Origin: Octopus vulgaris
Taxonomy: Eukaryota
Direction of reading: 5' to 3'
Length of the DNA: 64,000 bases
Assembly (NCBI GenBank): GCA_951406725.2
Contig: OX597833.1
Location: 50,840,001 to 50,904,000 of the forward strand
How positions within the stretch are numbered: position 1 is the first letter of the stretch; every line of letters starts with the position of its first letter. The notes under the pieces are model-generated. The model made no database searches. It saw nothing but the letters and a program-made list of their open reading frames with translations, and was not told the DNA's origin. Positions 16,684 to 31,490 of the stretch are shown in pieces. The translations under genes and the position numbers were made by a program.

Positions 16684-16902
16684 TACGAGGGCGTGCTGAA
16701 AAGTACCTGGCTTAAAGGGTATGGCGAAAAGCTTGGCTGGAGACCCAAAATTTTGAGTTCTTTTACGAGGCTTAGAGAAATATGGAGCGCTGCAATAAGC
16801 GTATGAATCTGAGTGGGGAATATGTTGAATAAAATCATAATTGACTGATCCTCCTGTATTTTCTTTTATCCAAGGCCAAGAACTCTTCAGAACTCGCTCG
16901 TA
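16684..16902 (+). mobile_element. Mariner-derived MITE
   Basis: TIRs TACGAGGGCGTGCTGAAAAGT / ACTCTTCAGAACTCGCTCGTA with TA ends; internal RCNKRMNLSGEYVE* resembles the mariner C-terminus. Confidence 0.8.
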
Positions 16903-17149
16903 TATGAATTACCCAAAGTTGTAAGTGATCAGATCCAGTGTTTGGAGATGTAGACGAACAACCGAATATGTAAATCATAATTTCGGAAAGTGCCATGGAA
17001 ACATTTTGAACATTATTTGAACATTGAATGGCGGTGCTCCAGCATGGCCACAGATCGTGAGCTGAAACTAGATGAAAATGAAAATGAAATGAAATTACAC
17101 GAATGAAAACTTCTTTGCCAAATTATGCTACTGAAAATAATAAAGGAGC

Positions 17150-18072
17150 GTGCCCAAATGATTAAGTGTGATGGGCTGGCAATCAGAATTCCATGGGCTC
17201 GATTCATAAATTGGGCGTTGTGTTCATGACCAAGGTTTTTCTTGATCAAGATATTGTTTCAGTTTACTGAGGAAAAAAACTGCTAACATTCTGCTGTCAT
17301 ATTCCGGAGGATGGCTGAGGTTCTGTATGTCTACTTTAAACAATTATGGAATGTGCTGATAAGTCAGACTATTTTGTGTAAAAAGTATCCAACATAAAGC
17401 TGATATTATTTTCCATGTTTTTACTCAGGTTTTCTGTACATCTGGTGCAACTTTTGTGCGTCACAGAGTTTGGGAAGCATTTAAGGTTGAATGTCTGGTA
17501 AAACATGGGGATGCTTTTACTATGGTGTAGGCCTGCATGTCTGCCACAGGACGTGGAGAAATATTTTTATGTCAGGGAAGGATGAATCTAGCTACCTAGG
17601 TTTCTACGTTATCGGATGTTTTAGAGCCATTAATTCCTAAATTGCATCCAGGAGCGTCGAAAAACAGTGTTATCTTTCATATAGCAAAGAATACTCTTCA
17701 ATGATTTGAGACTCAATGTATTGTTCCTATGGACTGGCCAGCTCAAAGTCCCGATCTAAATCCGATCGAACACCTATGGGGAACTCTTGGTGAAGCTATC
17801 AGGAACACGATAATTAAAAATAAAGAGCATTTGTATCAAAAGTTGAGAGAAGAATGGAGTAAAATTGCGCCTATCACCTGCAAGAAATTAGTTGAATGAA
17901 TGCCTAACCGTATAAAAGCGGTAACTGGTGCTAAAGGAGCGTCAACCAGATATTAATTCTAAAGTGTATTGTGAAATATACCATAATCTACCATGTGCAC
18001 GAGTTTCATTAACATTGAGATAGCAGAACCCCAAAACATTGAGGTGGCCTAATACTTTTGACCAAGGCTGTA
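17150..18072 (+). pseudogene. Tc1-like transposase relic with right TIR
   Basis: 17729-17956 translates MDWPAQSPDLNPIEHLWG...WSKI...LVE*MPNRIKAVTGAKGASTRY*; upstream VKHG motif (~17500); ends CCTAATACTTTTGACCAAGGCTGTA. Left boundary is approximate. Confidence 0.85.
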
Positions 18073-18749
18073 TATGTATACATATTTTTATATATTATAC
18101 ATGTGCGTGGGTGGGATGGGGGGCTGTGCGTGTGTGTATGCTACAACAGAAGTTATATCATAAAGGAAACATCTAGAATTGTCTATAATTTTAATGCAAT
18201 ATGAAGTGACTGCACCAACTCAACCTGTATAATTTCATATGTCATTTAATATGTCGAAATATCTATTTTAGATATCAACGTTTTTTTTTAAATGTTCATT
18301 CTGCGTTTAAAATTAAACGTTCTATAAATACTATTATAGAACTAGAAGTGAAAGTATTATTAACACTAACAAGCTTCCCTTTGCGGAACGAAATTATCGT
18401 TTATGCAAGAATACGTCTTCATAAATTTTGTTTTTCAATAAGAATATATATTTGAAGAAACTAGTCTCAATCTGGGAATAAGATTATGAATAGATCTTAG
18501 ATGGATAGAAACTTCACTTGAATGTCTTGGTACTGGTTTGTAGTAGCGAAATGATAAATATAAATATGCAGTGACGAAGGCTGTAGGAAAAAGCAGGAAT
18601 ACACACAGCCAGGCATAGAAATATACACTTACACAAACAAACGCATGCACTAATACATACACATTAAACATACATGCAAGAAGGAGATACACAAAGCATA
18701 CAGAAAATAATCATTTCCAAGTTTAGTACACGGCTAGTAATTTCTTGAG

Positions 18750-18915
18750 GGTGGGTAAATCGATAACATCGATCACTTGGTTCTTATTTTATCGATCCGA
18801 AAATATGAAAATCAAAGTCGACTTCGGCGGAATTTGAACTCAGAATGTAAAATGGACGGAAGTCTGCTAAGCGTTTTGCTCGGTGTGCTAAAGATTCTGT
18901 CACCTCACCGCTTTA
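18750..18915 (-). mobile_element. SINE family A, diverged copy
   Basis: AAAGTCGACTTCGGCGGAATTTGAACTCAGAATG..GCTAAGCG..CTCACCGC. Confidence 0.8.
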
Positions 18916-19055
18916 ACGCATGCAGAAAATATAAATGCCGTTAATTAGATGCAAAGCTTCGTGTCACAGCATAATCACAACACTAATTAATTAGTGTTAA
19001 TGACGTTGATACTAATGAGGACCTGTGATATGTTTATATGATATATATTAAAGAA

Positions 19056-19646
19056 TGGCTGTGTGGTAAGTAGCTTGCTTACCATCCACATGGTCCCGGG
19101 TTCGGTCCCACTGCGTGGCACCTTGGGCAAGTGTCTTCTACTATAGCCTCGGGCCAAGCAAAGAATTGTGAGTGGATGTGGTAGACGGAAAGTGGAAGAA
19201 GCCTTCGCTAGCCACTACACATTCTTTATTTTCTCTCCTTGTTTCTTTCTGTGTCCCTTTCTATAGAAGAGTGTAGGCTCAAAATGTTAAAGACTTTTTC
19301 ACTTGCCGACCGTTAAACTAATACATCTGTTTGTTGTTTACAGCACCTGTCTTCGTCTTTTTTTTTTGTTTTTTTTTTTGGTGGGGAGGGAATTCTCCCC
19401 CCCCCTATATATATGTATATGTATGTGTGTGTATAGTTTGTGTGCCTGTGTTTGTCCTCCTAACATTGGTTGACAATCGATGCTGGTGTGTTTACGTCCC
19501 TTTAACTTAGCGGTTCGGCAAAAGAGACCGATAGAATAAGTACTAGGCTTACAAAGAATACGCCCTGGGGTTGATTTGCTCGACTAAAGGCGGTGCTCCA
19601 GCATGGCCACAGTCAAATGACTGAAACAAGTAAAAGAGTGAAAGAG
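19056..19646 (+). mobile_element. SINE family B, interrupted by a ~200-bp insert (~19208-19406) at its internal microsatellite position
   Basis: Head to GAAGCCTTCG, foreign sequence, then (TA)/(TG) and the normal tail AACTTAGCGGTTCGGCAAAAGAGACCG..GAAACAAGTAAAAGAG. Confidence 0.9.
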
Positions 19647-20719
19647 TATGTATTTAAGGTATCGACCAAAGAAATATGAAACGTGAAATAACAGAGCTGG
19701 AGCTTTCATAGTCTTCAAAATGCAGCAAATGGTGAGATGCGTCTCACTACGACATATAACGCCAGAGATCTCTACTCTCACTTTTGATTTAGCGCACTGT
19801 TTTTTGACTGGATCCATATAACCTCTGGGATCGACGTAAAATTTTTGGCGCCCACGCATGCAAAATGCTAAATCGGTGACTCACAGAGTTTTTGTAAGTG
19901 TCCATGAAATATTTTGATCTAAATGTATTTATTGCGAGAAACAGCTAAGTTTCTTTTTCTAACGTTTTATATAGTTCAGATTCCCAAGTTAATAAGTGCA
20001 AAATAAAATAAGAATTTTGAATATATAAAACGACGTTTTAGATATGAAAGGGTTTGGGGTGTCCTCCGGAGTAAAACAGTATTTAAAGGAGTCTTTTAAT
20101 GATTGAAAAATCTGCTTTGGCGTATCCTCATTTCATGTTTTGTGTTTCTGAAAATAACACCAATGTAAGTGAATGGGTTTTGTCCTATGTCAGAGAGCGA
20201 AATTCTCCATAACATAACATCCTGTATAGACTGGTATTTGGCCTGATTGCTGGTTTTATACCCTGTAAACTATTACAATACATAGGGTAAAGAAAGTACA
20301 ACAAATGCAATCAACTACTGTTTACTGGAAATTACAAATGACCATAATTTGGGATGTACAGATTCACAGAGACATGTTTTTAATTCCAAAACTGTGAAAG
20401 AAATTTTAAATGACATGTAGCTATTAATTAGAAATGCAATTTAGAAAAGAAATGTAGCATAAACTTTGTATTGATTTAACAAAGAAGAATATATATAGAA
20501 AAGAAATGGAGAATCTATACATAGATATATAAGTGAATTGAATTTAATAGATTTTTTTGTGTGTGATCTTAAATGGTTGAGATTGCTCATTCCCGATGCT
20601 GCTTCAACAGTTTTAATACACAGGCATTACATAGGTAGAAGCCCGAAGTGACCAAAGTATATAATGTATTTCATGGCATAAGAGACGTACTGACATATTA
20701 GAGACATCCGATTTCATCA

Positions 20720-21173
20720 GGAAGACAGTAATAAAATCAGTTCTGTGTGCATTAAGATTTATGTGATGGCCAACTTCGCATATAGGATCTGGTGTCTTTT
20801 TCGCTCAATTTTGATACCCGAATAAATCTGCGAAGTCCGTTAAGTCTAGTGATCACTACAGACACCACGATGTTGACTGGATGTTTAATTTTTATCAATC
20901 TCGTTACATGTTTTGGGGACACGGCAAGCCAACGGTCATCCTGTGTGTTCACAATCTGTTCGTGCTAGAGCTTCCGGCGCGACTGCCAAGTAGTACAGCA
21001 TGTCGTTCCGAAATTTCTGGAGGAGTGAATTGCATCATGGTGCTATTTTTCTCACTAACGGTGCCCGACCGGTCTTACTATATTGCGTAGTCGACAAAAG
21101 GAAAAATACGAAAAATGCGCATGCGTGAAATTGAAAATATGAAATGCCGACAAGCTACCCATCGTACCCTGTA
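20720..21173 (-). pseudogene. Tc1/mariner superfamily relic (maT/DD37D-like), internally deleted
   Basis: ORF MNTQDDRWLAVSPKHVTRLIKIKHPVNIVVSVVIT resembles the NxQNxRW..KHPxxxMV region of DD37D transposases; terminus ..ACCCTGTA. Confidence 0.6.
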
Positions 21174-21218
21174 CACATGCATACATACATACATACAAAT
21201 ATACATCTATCTATCATC

Positions 21219-21292
<74 letters not shown>

Positions 21293-21377
21293 GTATACGC
21301 TCACACTCGCACATACGTCTATATATAATAACTGAAGCAAGGAAATACAAAGTATATATGTCTATGTATGTATGTAA

Positions 21378-21417
<40 letters not shown>

Positions 21418-21460
21418 TATATATAATAACTGAAGCAATGAAATATACAACATATATATT

Positions 21461-21491
<31 letters not shown>

Positions 21492-21629
21492 GTATGTATA
21501 TATATATATATAGATATAATATATATATATATATACATTTATATATGTATATACATATATATGTATATACATTTATATATGTATATACTCACGTGTATTT
21601 ATGGGTGTAACTGGGTGTGCACAGAAAGG

Positions 21630-21687
<58 letters not shown>

Positions 21688-22019
21688 AGCAGAGTAAATA
21701 GGATAATGATGCAGCGTAAACAGATACGAACTACACAAATAATAACAAATCTACGACTGAGATCCAGATTCCAATAAAACTCTAAAAAGCTGACGGTAAA
21801 GTCAATTAAAACCGAAGTGAAATTCTGCAATGGCGCTTAGCCACACCTGTCAATCATCATCGTTGAATTATCTGTACATGTCATTCATGGATTTATCAGA
21901 TAAGAGGAGGGGAAATCGGGTTTGCTGCTCCCATACCTATCCTACTCTCTGGCAGGCAGCAACAGCAGAATCAACAATGCTACTACTACAAATAATAAGA
22001 ATATTAATCATAATATCAA

Positions 22020-22482
22020 TATGAATCACAACACCAATATCAACAGTACAGCAGCTACAACAACAAAAATAACAACAATAACGGCAACGAAAACAAGAAC
22101 AACACCATCAACAACAACCATGGTATAGCCGTCAACGAAACGTTCCCGCGTATAACTGATCCTCTTCTGGAGATATATTGTCTTTGGGGGGGGGATGGAG
22201 AGGGAGGGAGTTATGCTGGGTAACTGATTTCTGTAATTCTCGATAATCACGAGAAAATATATAATAGAATTATGAAAAGGAGAAAGAGGTAAAGGAAGAA
22301 GGAAAACAATAAGAATATGAAGGAGGAGGAGGAGGAGGAGAAGAAGAAGAAGAAGTACAGAACAAGAACAAGAGCAACAAGAAGGAGGAGGAGGAGGAGG
22401 AGAAGAAGGAGAAGAAGAAGAACAAGAAAAGAAGGAGGAGGAGGTGTAGAAGAAGAAGAAGGAGGAGAAGAAGAAGAAGAAG

Positions 22483-22514
<32 letters not shown>

Positions 22515-22820
22515 CAAGAACAAGAACAAGAAGAAGAAGGAAAAGGAGAAGGTGAAGAAGAAGAAGGAGGAGGAGAAGAAAAAGAAGAAAGAGAAGGAGG
22601 AGAAGAAGAAGAAGAAGAAGAATAACAACAACAACAACAAGAACAAAAACAAGATGATGATGATGATGATGATGATGATGACAACAACAGCGAATACGTC
22701 GATAATGACGGAGATGCTGTTGCTTCTGCTGCTGATAATGATGATAAAGATAACGATGGAAAAATAAATGAAATGTCTAAGTAGAAGAATTACAACAACA
22801 ACAACAACAACAACACCGGT
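22020..22820. repeat. Compound trinucleotide microsatellite (CAA, GAA, GGA, GAT)
   Basis: Direct inspection. Confidence 0.95.
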
Positions 22821-23646
22821 AGTGGTGGGGGTATGAGTCAAACTGTTGAAGGACAGAAGTAAAACTGGAATTCGTTGATGGCATTCACGGAGATGTATGC
22901 GTGCCAGAGAATATTTCCTATTGTACCACGAATAATCTCCGCTTAGTCACGTGTTGCTTTGTCAATAATGGTCTTTAACAAGATTATTATTTTATTTTAT
23001 TCATGTAATTATTTATTTATTTATTTTGTGGTTTTGACGATGACAGAGCTGAAGGTATCTTGAAATGTGTCAATGAGTCAGTTATATATTTTAAACAATT
23101 TTTTTTCTGTCTCTCTCTTAAATCTTGAAATTAGATGAAGATTTCAATAATTTTCCATTTTATTTTCCCCCTTCTCTCTCTCCCCCCGCTCTCTCTCTCT
23201 CTCTTTCTCTCTCTCTTTATTTCTCCCTCCCAAATCTTAAACCTCAGCATAAACATTAATAAATAGACGAACACACAGATGCGAACACACTCCGATACAG
23301 ATAGAGTTATAGAGATACGAATTCCTTAAGACACACACAGCCATACGCAAACAGAGTTTAGAAAATTACACGTCTGATATCGAGAAATATTCATAAACAC
23401 AAATGCGAAGTAGCACAAACAACACACGCATGCATGCACACACAAGTACGCAGATAAAGGACACACAGCGCACGCACAGAGATAAACACACACGCACGGT
23501 GTGTAATGGCGTGGAATGATCTGACAGAATCATTCCCTGTCACTTTAGAGATTTTTGGTTTATTTAGTGAATCAATGATACCTCAGTGTATATATACACT
23601 ATGCAAAACCACATATACACACAGATAGACAAACAGACCCATGTAT

Positions 23647-23680
<34 letters not shown>

Positions 23681-24233
23681 TGTATGTATGTATGTATGTA
23701 TGTATGTATGTATGTGTGTATGTATGTATGTATGTATGTATGTATGTATGTATGTATGTATGTGTATATGTATCATCCTTTGCCAATTAAATTGTATTCT
23801 ACACATATTATTTAGAGCCGTGATTTTCATAGAGAAAACTGGACAATTTTCGAACACCATAGAGAAGCAGAATGTCTTTTTGTCTTACTTAACTTTTGAA
23901 AATCAAAAAAGAAAATCGAGAAACCGGTTATGCCTTTGAAAATAATCGTCTAAACGACTCCTAGTGCGTTTTCAACTTCTCTTTTCTATGTCGTTAACTT
24001 TCTTATACTAACACACGCATACACACACACACACACACACACAGACACACAAACAGAGAAACACAAACATGCTCAAACATACACACGCGCACACATATAT
24101 GTATATGTATGTATGTACGTCTATACGCATATATATGTATGTATGCATAATTACACATCCATCTTCGGGTTTTAGTTTTTCTTTTGTAAATTCTCACTAT
24201 ATATAAATATATCATTCTCCGTTTTCTTATTTG

Positions 24234-24284
<51 letters not shown>

Positions 24285-24299
24285 AACAGAAACCCCGTC

Positions 24300-24366
<67 letters not shown>

Positions 24367-24375
24367 TGCAGCACG

Positions 24376-24459
<84 letters not shown>

Positions 24460-24463
<4 letters not shown>

Positions 24464-24622
24464 GATAGGCTTTTTTCAGCTTCTGTCTACCAAATCCACT
24501 CACAAGGTTTTGGCCGATCCGTGGCTATAGTACAAGACACTTGCCCACGGAGCCACGCTGTGGGACTGAGCTCAGAACCATGTGGTTGGTAAGCAAGCTA
24601 CTTACCACAGCCGCTCCTGCGC
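24460..24622 (-). mobile_element. SINE family B, 5' part
   Basis: CAAATCCACTCACAAGG..GACACTTGCCC..GTGGGACTGAG..CTTACCACAGCCGCTCCTGCGC. Confidence 0.85.
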
Positions 24623-24727
24623 TTATTCATATATGTTTAACTATATACATATCTATTTATATATCTATATCTATCAACCTACCTACCTACCTATCTAACT
24701 ACCTACCTACCTATACATCAATCAATG

Positions 24728-24760
<33 letters not shown>

Positions 24761-25858
24761 GTCAATGTATCTATAATCTATCTATCTACTTATCTATCTA
24801 TCTATGTATATATTTACCTACCTATCCATCTATCTATCTCCCTACCTATCTATTGGCCTCTCTACCTATCTGTCTACACATATCTACACACATACATACA
24901 TACATACATACATACATACATACATACATACATACATACATACATACATGCACACACGTATAAATGGAGAGAGAGACCCGTACATTTTCACACTTACCCC
25001 CCATACACGCACTCGCACACTCACTCACACACATTCACACACACACAGACGCATACACGAAGTGGATATTTATTCAACTAGAACGAACTTTTCAGAAGTT
25101 TGTCAACTTCCATTTTTAACTTAGCTATCCAGCCTGTTCACGTATTTATACAGAATGCTTAAAAGCGCCGCTTCTACTTACCCCATGCATGATACGCCTA
25201 CTGGAGCGACTAAACAGGAAAGAATAGCTATTATTTCACTCGTTACTCATTTCTAAACATCGCAAGACCTACATATAAACAAAATTGGAAAGAGGCTAGA
25301 TATGCCAGCTGATGGAATAGCGAGACTCAGTTAGTTATTCACTCTTGCATTTTTCGTGAGACACGTTTCATTGTGTTAACCCATTGGTCAGGTGCATTCG
25401 TTCATTCTATGCTGATTCAAAAAAAAAAATCGGTCGGCCGAATTCTACGATTCACAAAATCGAATTTCATCTATGAGCAGGTCTTTTATTATAAAAGGGG
25501 CTGGCTATTATTTTTGAATATAGTCAAACGATGAATAAAGATGGATAGGGTGACAGGGATAGGGTGCAGAATTTAAGTGGTAGAGGAAAAAAGAGATTGG
25601 GAAGAGAATATGAGACAGGAAGATCGATTGCAGGAACAGAAAGGTAGGTATCAATTGTAAACGAGGTATATGACTGGGAGGGAAAGAGAGAGAGAGAGAG
25701 GGAGAGATAGAGAGAGAGTTAGAGGGAGAGAGACAGACAGACAGACAGGCAGACAGATAGAAAGGAGTATGTATTTAAGTATTGAGAGAGAGAATGAATA
25801 GAAGAAGAAAAAGAGTGGGAGGTGAGTGAGATAAAATAACAGAGATAAAATATACAAA

Positions 25859-25933
<75 letters not shown>

Positions 25934-25997
25934 ATGTATTTATGTATATGATTCACATAGTATATACGTATACGTATAGGCATATAGATATGTGTGT

Positions 25998-26158
25998 AAT
26001 GGCTGTGTGGTAAGAAGCTTGCTTCCCACCCATCTGGTTCCGGCTTCAGTCCCACTGCGAGGCACTTTGGGCATATGTCTTCAACTATAGCCACGGGCCG
26101 ACGAAAGCTTTGTGAGTTATTTTGATAGACGGAAACTGAAGGAAGTTCGTCCTATATT

Positions 26159-26191
<33 letters not shown>

Positions 26192-26210
26192 CTGTGTTTC
26201 TGTGTTTGGC
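25998..26210 (+). mobile_element. SINE family B, 5' part with internal (TA)n
   Basis: ATGGCTGTGTGGTAAG..TTCAGTCCCACTGCG..GACGGAAACTGAAGGAAG. Confidence 0.85.
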
Positions 26211-26669
26211 CAGCAACCATCACACGCACACACACAGACACATACACACACACACACACACACATGTATATATGTGTTTGTGTGTGTTAATAGATGTATG
26301 TACTCGTGTTGTTTGTGTATGTAATGCATGCATGTATATGAGGGAGTGTGTATAAAATATATGCACACTAATTAAATAAAAGTGTGAAAGAACGAGTAAA
26401 ATGTAATGAAACAGAACAACGAAAAAGAAAGAAAAGAATTTCACGTATTAAACATGTGAAGTTATCATTTAAGGATAGACAGGGTGAGAGAAAGAGAGAG
26501 AGAGGATGGTAAAAACAGTGAGTGAAAGAGAGTGGGGAGGGAAAGAGAAAGGGAGAAGGGAGGACATTGTGATAGACAAAAAGGTCGAGCATTTGAGGCT
26601 AGTTGTCCGGATGAGAATGAAATATTACCAGTTCTGATACAGAAAATGTGACAGGGAGCTTGCACGTTT

Positions 26670-26745
<76 letters not shown>

Positions 26746-27253
26746 GTGAGTGAGACCAACACGGTCTAGTGATGGCAAAATTGAGACATTGCCAATAGGA
26801 GGTAACTGAATAAATAATGGACAAAAATGTCGCAACAATTTTGGAATTGTTTGTTTTTTTACACAATTTATTTATTTATTTATTCATTCATATCGTCACA
26901 TGAGCGCGTATTGAACTGTGGAATATTGTTCGGATGAGTAGCCAAAGACCCAAACAACAATGACATGGCACTGATACATTGTATCCACGAAACTCCTTTC
27001 TATGGTTTATATTGGAAATTTTAAAGAATGAAGTTTCGTAACCCCTTAACATATTGTCCCGTATATTTTCCTTCAGAGATGTCTTGGACGAAAATATACG
27101 TTCACCGTTCTCTGAGGAATCTGTCATTTAATTCTTACCCGAAATACTTTGTTCAAGATGTTATGCCCGTTTTCTATTGATGTTATCAGTATCTCCATAA
27201 TAAATCATAACTGATCCAAAATAATTTGTATATTTATCCTTTCTTTTATACAG

Positions 27254-27330
27254 TAATGCTATGATGGACCGCGAAGTCTGGCGTAACATGGTAAATTCCA
27301 CTGTCTCAACCATGGTCGAACAATGATGAT
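27254..27330 (+). mobile_element. RTE-type LINE extreme 3' end
   Basis: Translates NAMMDREVWRNMVNSTVSTMVEQ* (AMxDRxxWR motif), then a TGATGAT tail; TTTAYACAG on both flanks as a possible TSD. Confidence 0.6.
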
Positions 27331-28233
27331 TTACACAGATTCAAAAAAAATAATATAAAAAAATATGATGTTTTTTTAATGGAAATTGAAAAAAAAATGT
27401 GTATGTTAAGAGGTTAAAATACTCATTCGCCATCTTATTTTTTACTTCATATATATTCATTCAACGTCATTTTATTTTTGGAGAATAATGGTATAATCTT
27501 ATATTTATCATTTGCACGAAATGTCAGTGAAAGAACCACACAAGCAAACAAACATAAAATGCTTGGTAAAATCTTTACTTGTCTCTGAATTTCAAACGGG
27601 TAGTTATAATGATTTATCGTGGCTTATATTACAAATGATCTCCAAACAGAAAACTTGTCAGTCTTCTCTATATCAAAAGCCAGTGGTTTATTTACAAATT
27701 TATTGAATTATTTTCTGTTTTTCACATTCAAATACTTTGAAATAATTTGATTGCAGACATGTAATGTATAATAATTCGATTGTTAAATTTCTTCATTTGC
27801 TAGACATGATTTTTTTCTTCCTATTCACTAAAGACACACATGTAATATTATGTGTAACTTAGAATAGGATCTACGCTATAGAGTTATTTAACATCTAAAG
27901 CACAATCCCTGGCGTGTTGTTATTACAATAAAGGGATGACTCCCAGATTTATGTGGCGTAACATGGAAACGTAAATGAGCCTTTGTGTAAGAATACGATG
28001 TCGAGCTTTCACAGGGAGCTATATATTTTTCGCTCCGCTTTTATCTAAAATGATGTCATTGTCTGTTTCTCCATATAGAATGACAACGCTAAAACCGTAA
28101 CATATCTCCAAACAATTTTTAGATTCATGCATTGAGAACAAGGCTTTTATCATTGACAGCGGTTCCTTCTAGATGTTTAACCGCAATATATGGCATGGCA
28201 TGCATGTATACATACATACACACATACGTGCAA

Positions 28234-28286
<53 letters not shown>

Positions 28287-28292
28287 TATATA

Positions 28293-28438
28293 CGACAGGC
28301 TTCTTTCCGTTTCGGGCTTTGGTCGGCCCGGGGCTATAGTATAAGACACATGCCCATGGTGCTACGCAGTGGAACTGAACCCGGAACCATGTGGTTGGTA
28401 AGCAAGCTACTTACCACACAGTCACTCTTACACCTACG
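28293..28438 (-). mobile_element. SINE family B, 5' part
   Basis: GGTCGGCCCGGGGCTATAGT..GGAACTGAACCCGGAACCATGTGGTTGGTAAGCAAGCTACTTACCACACAG. Confidence 0.85.
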
Positions 28439-28599
28439 CATGTATATATTCTTTTACTTGTTTCAGTCTTTTGACTACAAAGCCACGCCTACGCCTTTGC
28501 ATATATACATATGTACGTACATGCATGCATGCGTGCGTGTGTACTTACATACATACATGCATATCATATCATATAGAATTGAATTGAATAATAATTCTT

Positions 28600-29567
28600 T
28601 CTACCATAGGTACAAGGCCTGAAATTTGGGGGAGAGCTTAGTCGATTACATCGACCCCAGTAACCAACTGGTTCCTAATTTATAGACCCGAAAAACATGG
28701 ATGTAAGGTAAAGTTGATCTCAGCAGAATTGGAACTCCCAACGTTAAGGCGGAACATATACCTATTTCTTATTTCTTTATGGCCCACAAGGTGCTAAACA
28801 CAGAGGAGACAAACAAGGACAGACAAACGGATTAAGTCGATTAGATCGACCCCAGTGCATAACTGGTACTTAATTTATCGACCCCGAAAGGATGAAAGGC
28901 ACAGTCGACCCCGGCGAAATTTGAACTCACAACGTAACGGTAGACGAAATACCTATTCTTTACTACCCACAAGGGCTAAACACAGAGAGGACAAACAAGG
29001 ACAGACAAACGGATTAAGTCGATTAGATCGACCCCAGTGCATAACTGGTACTTAATTTATCGACCCCGAAAGGATGAAAGGCACAGTCGACCCCGGCGAA
29101 ATTTGAACTCACAACGTAACGGTAGACGAAATACCTATTTCTTTACTACCCACAAGGGGCTAAACACAGAGAGGACAAACAAGGGCAGACAAACGGATTA
29201 AGTCGATTATATCGACCCCAGTGCGTAACTGGTACTTATTTAATCGACCCCGAAAGGATGAAAGGCAAAGTCGACCTCGGCGGAATTTGAACTCACAACG
29301 TAACGACAGACGAAATACGGCAGACGAAATACCTATTTCTTTATTACCCACAAGGGGCTAAACACAGAGAGGACAAACAAGGACAGACATAGGTATTAAG
29401 TCGATTACATCGACTCCAGTGCGTAACTGCTACTTAATTTATCCACCCCGAAAGGATGAAAGGCAAAGTCGACCTCGGCGGAATTTGAACTCACAACGTA
29501 ACGGCAGACGAAATACCGCTAAGCTTTTCGTCCGGCGTCCTAACGTTTCTGCCAGCTTGCCTCCTTT
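28600..29567 (-). mobile_element. SINE family A array: one old copy (28600-28762), four young units, one head
   Basis: Junctions ATACC|TATT at 28762, 28953, 29135 and 29333; head begins after 29517. Confidence 0.92.
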
Positions 29568-30879
29568 GCTTTAATGATAAAAATGAGTAATAACTTAGGT
29601 CAGATATACAGTATACTCTCTTGTTTCTGAAGCTTTGGAAATTAGAGGTTATAATAATAATCGAAGTACCTTCGTTAGAAATCTTCAAGAAAGTTTGAGA
29701 GGTCTTATATAATCAGTCCTCTACTTTCAATAGATTTTTTTCATCTTTTTCATCTATATTTGAATAATTGGAAATATAATAGTTACGGTCTGCTTTATTT
29801 TATCTAGTGAAATCCGAAGAAACTATGGCTTCTTAGCGTCAGACGTTTTAATATTTAATGTCAATAACAAACGTTTTAGGTCGGTAAGTATTTAGATATT
29901 TCATACTTCCACGAACGTAGACTACATTACTGATTTCCATTGAGAATAAATCCCTCTCTCTCCCTTTATAGATAGATGCATATAGAAAGATAGACAGATA
30001 GTTACACACATGAATATATATATATATATATATATATGAGATAAAACCACTATTAGGCAACTCAAACAGTGATAGACGTAAACCAAAACATAAAAAAAAC
30101 AAAAAATAAATATAATTAACATAATATACAAAATATATACAAAATATAAAATTTAAAATTTAAATTATTGAACTTTGAAATTTTAAAATTTATGTTTATA
30201 AATTTTTATATTTTTATATTAAATTTTAAATTTACAAATTTTTAAACTATTAAACTTTTAACTTTTTTTTTAAACTAACCAAAAAGTATTAAAAAGTTTA
30301 ATATAAGATAATATATATATGTGTGTGTATGTATGTAAGTATGTAGGTATGTGCGTATATTTGTATATTCAATCTTTCATTTTAAACCGTTGTTTTCTGT
30401 TAATTTATGTTGCCTATTCTGAATGATTGAGCTACAGTGGGGGAATTCTAATGTTCTAATGATGAACAGACCTACACCGAAAATAAGCCTGAAGTAGATA
30501 ATACGGCAACAATAAACAGAAGTAAGAATAATGATTACAAATAAACAAACTGTTATATTATTGACTTACAACATCTACAGGTTCGACATTTTGAAAGTCG
30601 ACTTTTATATAAATCTTCAATTCCAATCTAGCCGTTCTCATAGTATATATCGTTATCTGGATTTCCTTCCGTATATTTATCGTAGATCGATACAAAAATT
30701 CATTTCATTTCACAGAAGAATATGCACTTAATCTTGATTCGAGATCAATTTTCTCATATCAACTATCAAGGGAAAAGATTTAGATTTCGGAATGTTTAGA
30801 TCAAAATTATAAGATGTTTGGGCTCCTCTTTCACTTTCGGGGGTGTGTGTTCTGAAAACAACGGATTTTGTTGTTGTCA

Positions 30880-31490
<611 letters not shown>

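Noticed and set aside
19795-20115. hAT-type MITE
   Set aside because: Termini are only weakly complementary and no TSD is visible.
28763-29517. CRISPR-like regular repeat
   Set aside because: Whole 184-bp units repeat with no unique spacers, and no cas genes are present; the context is eukaryotic.
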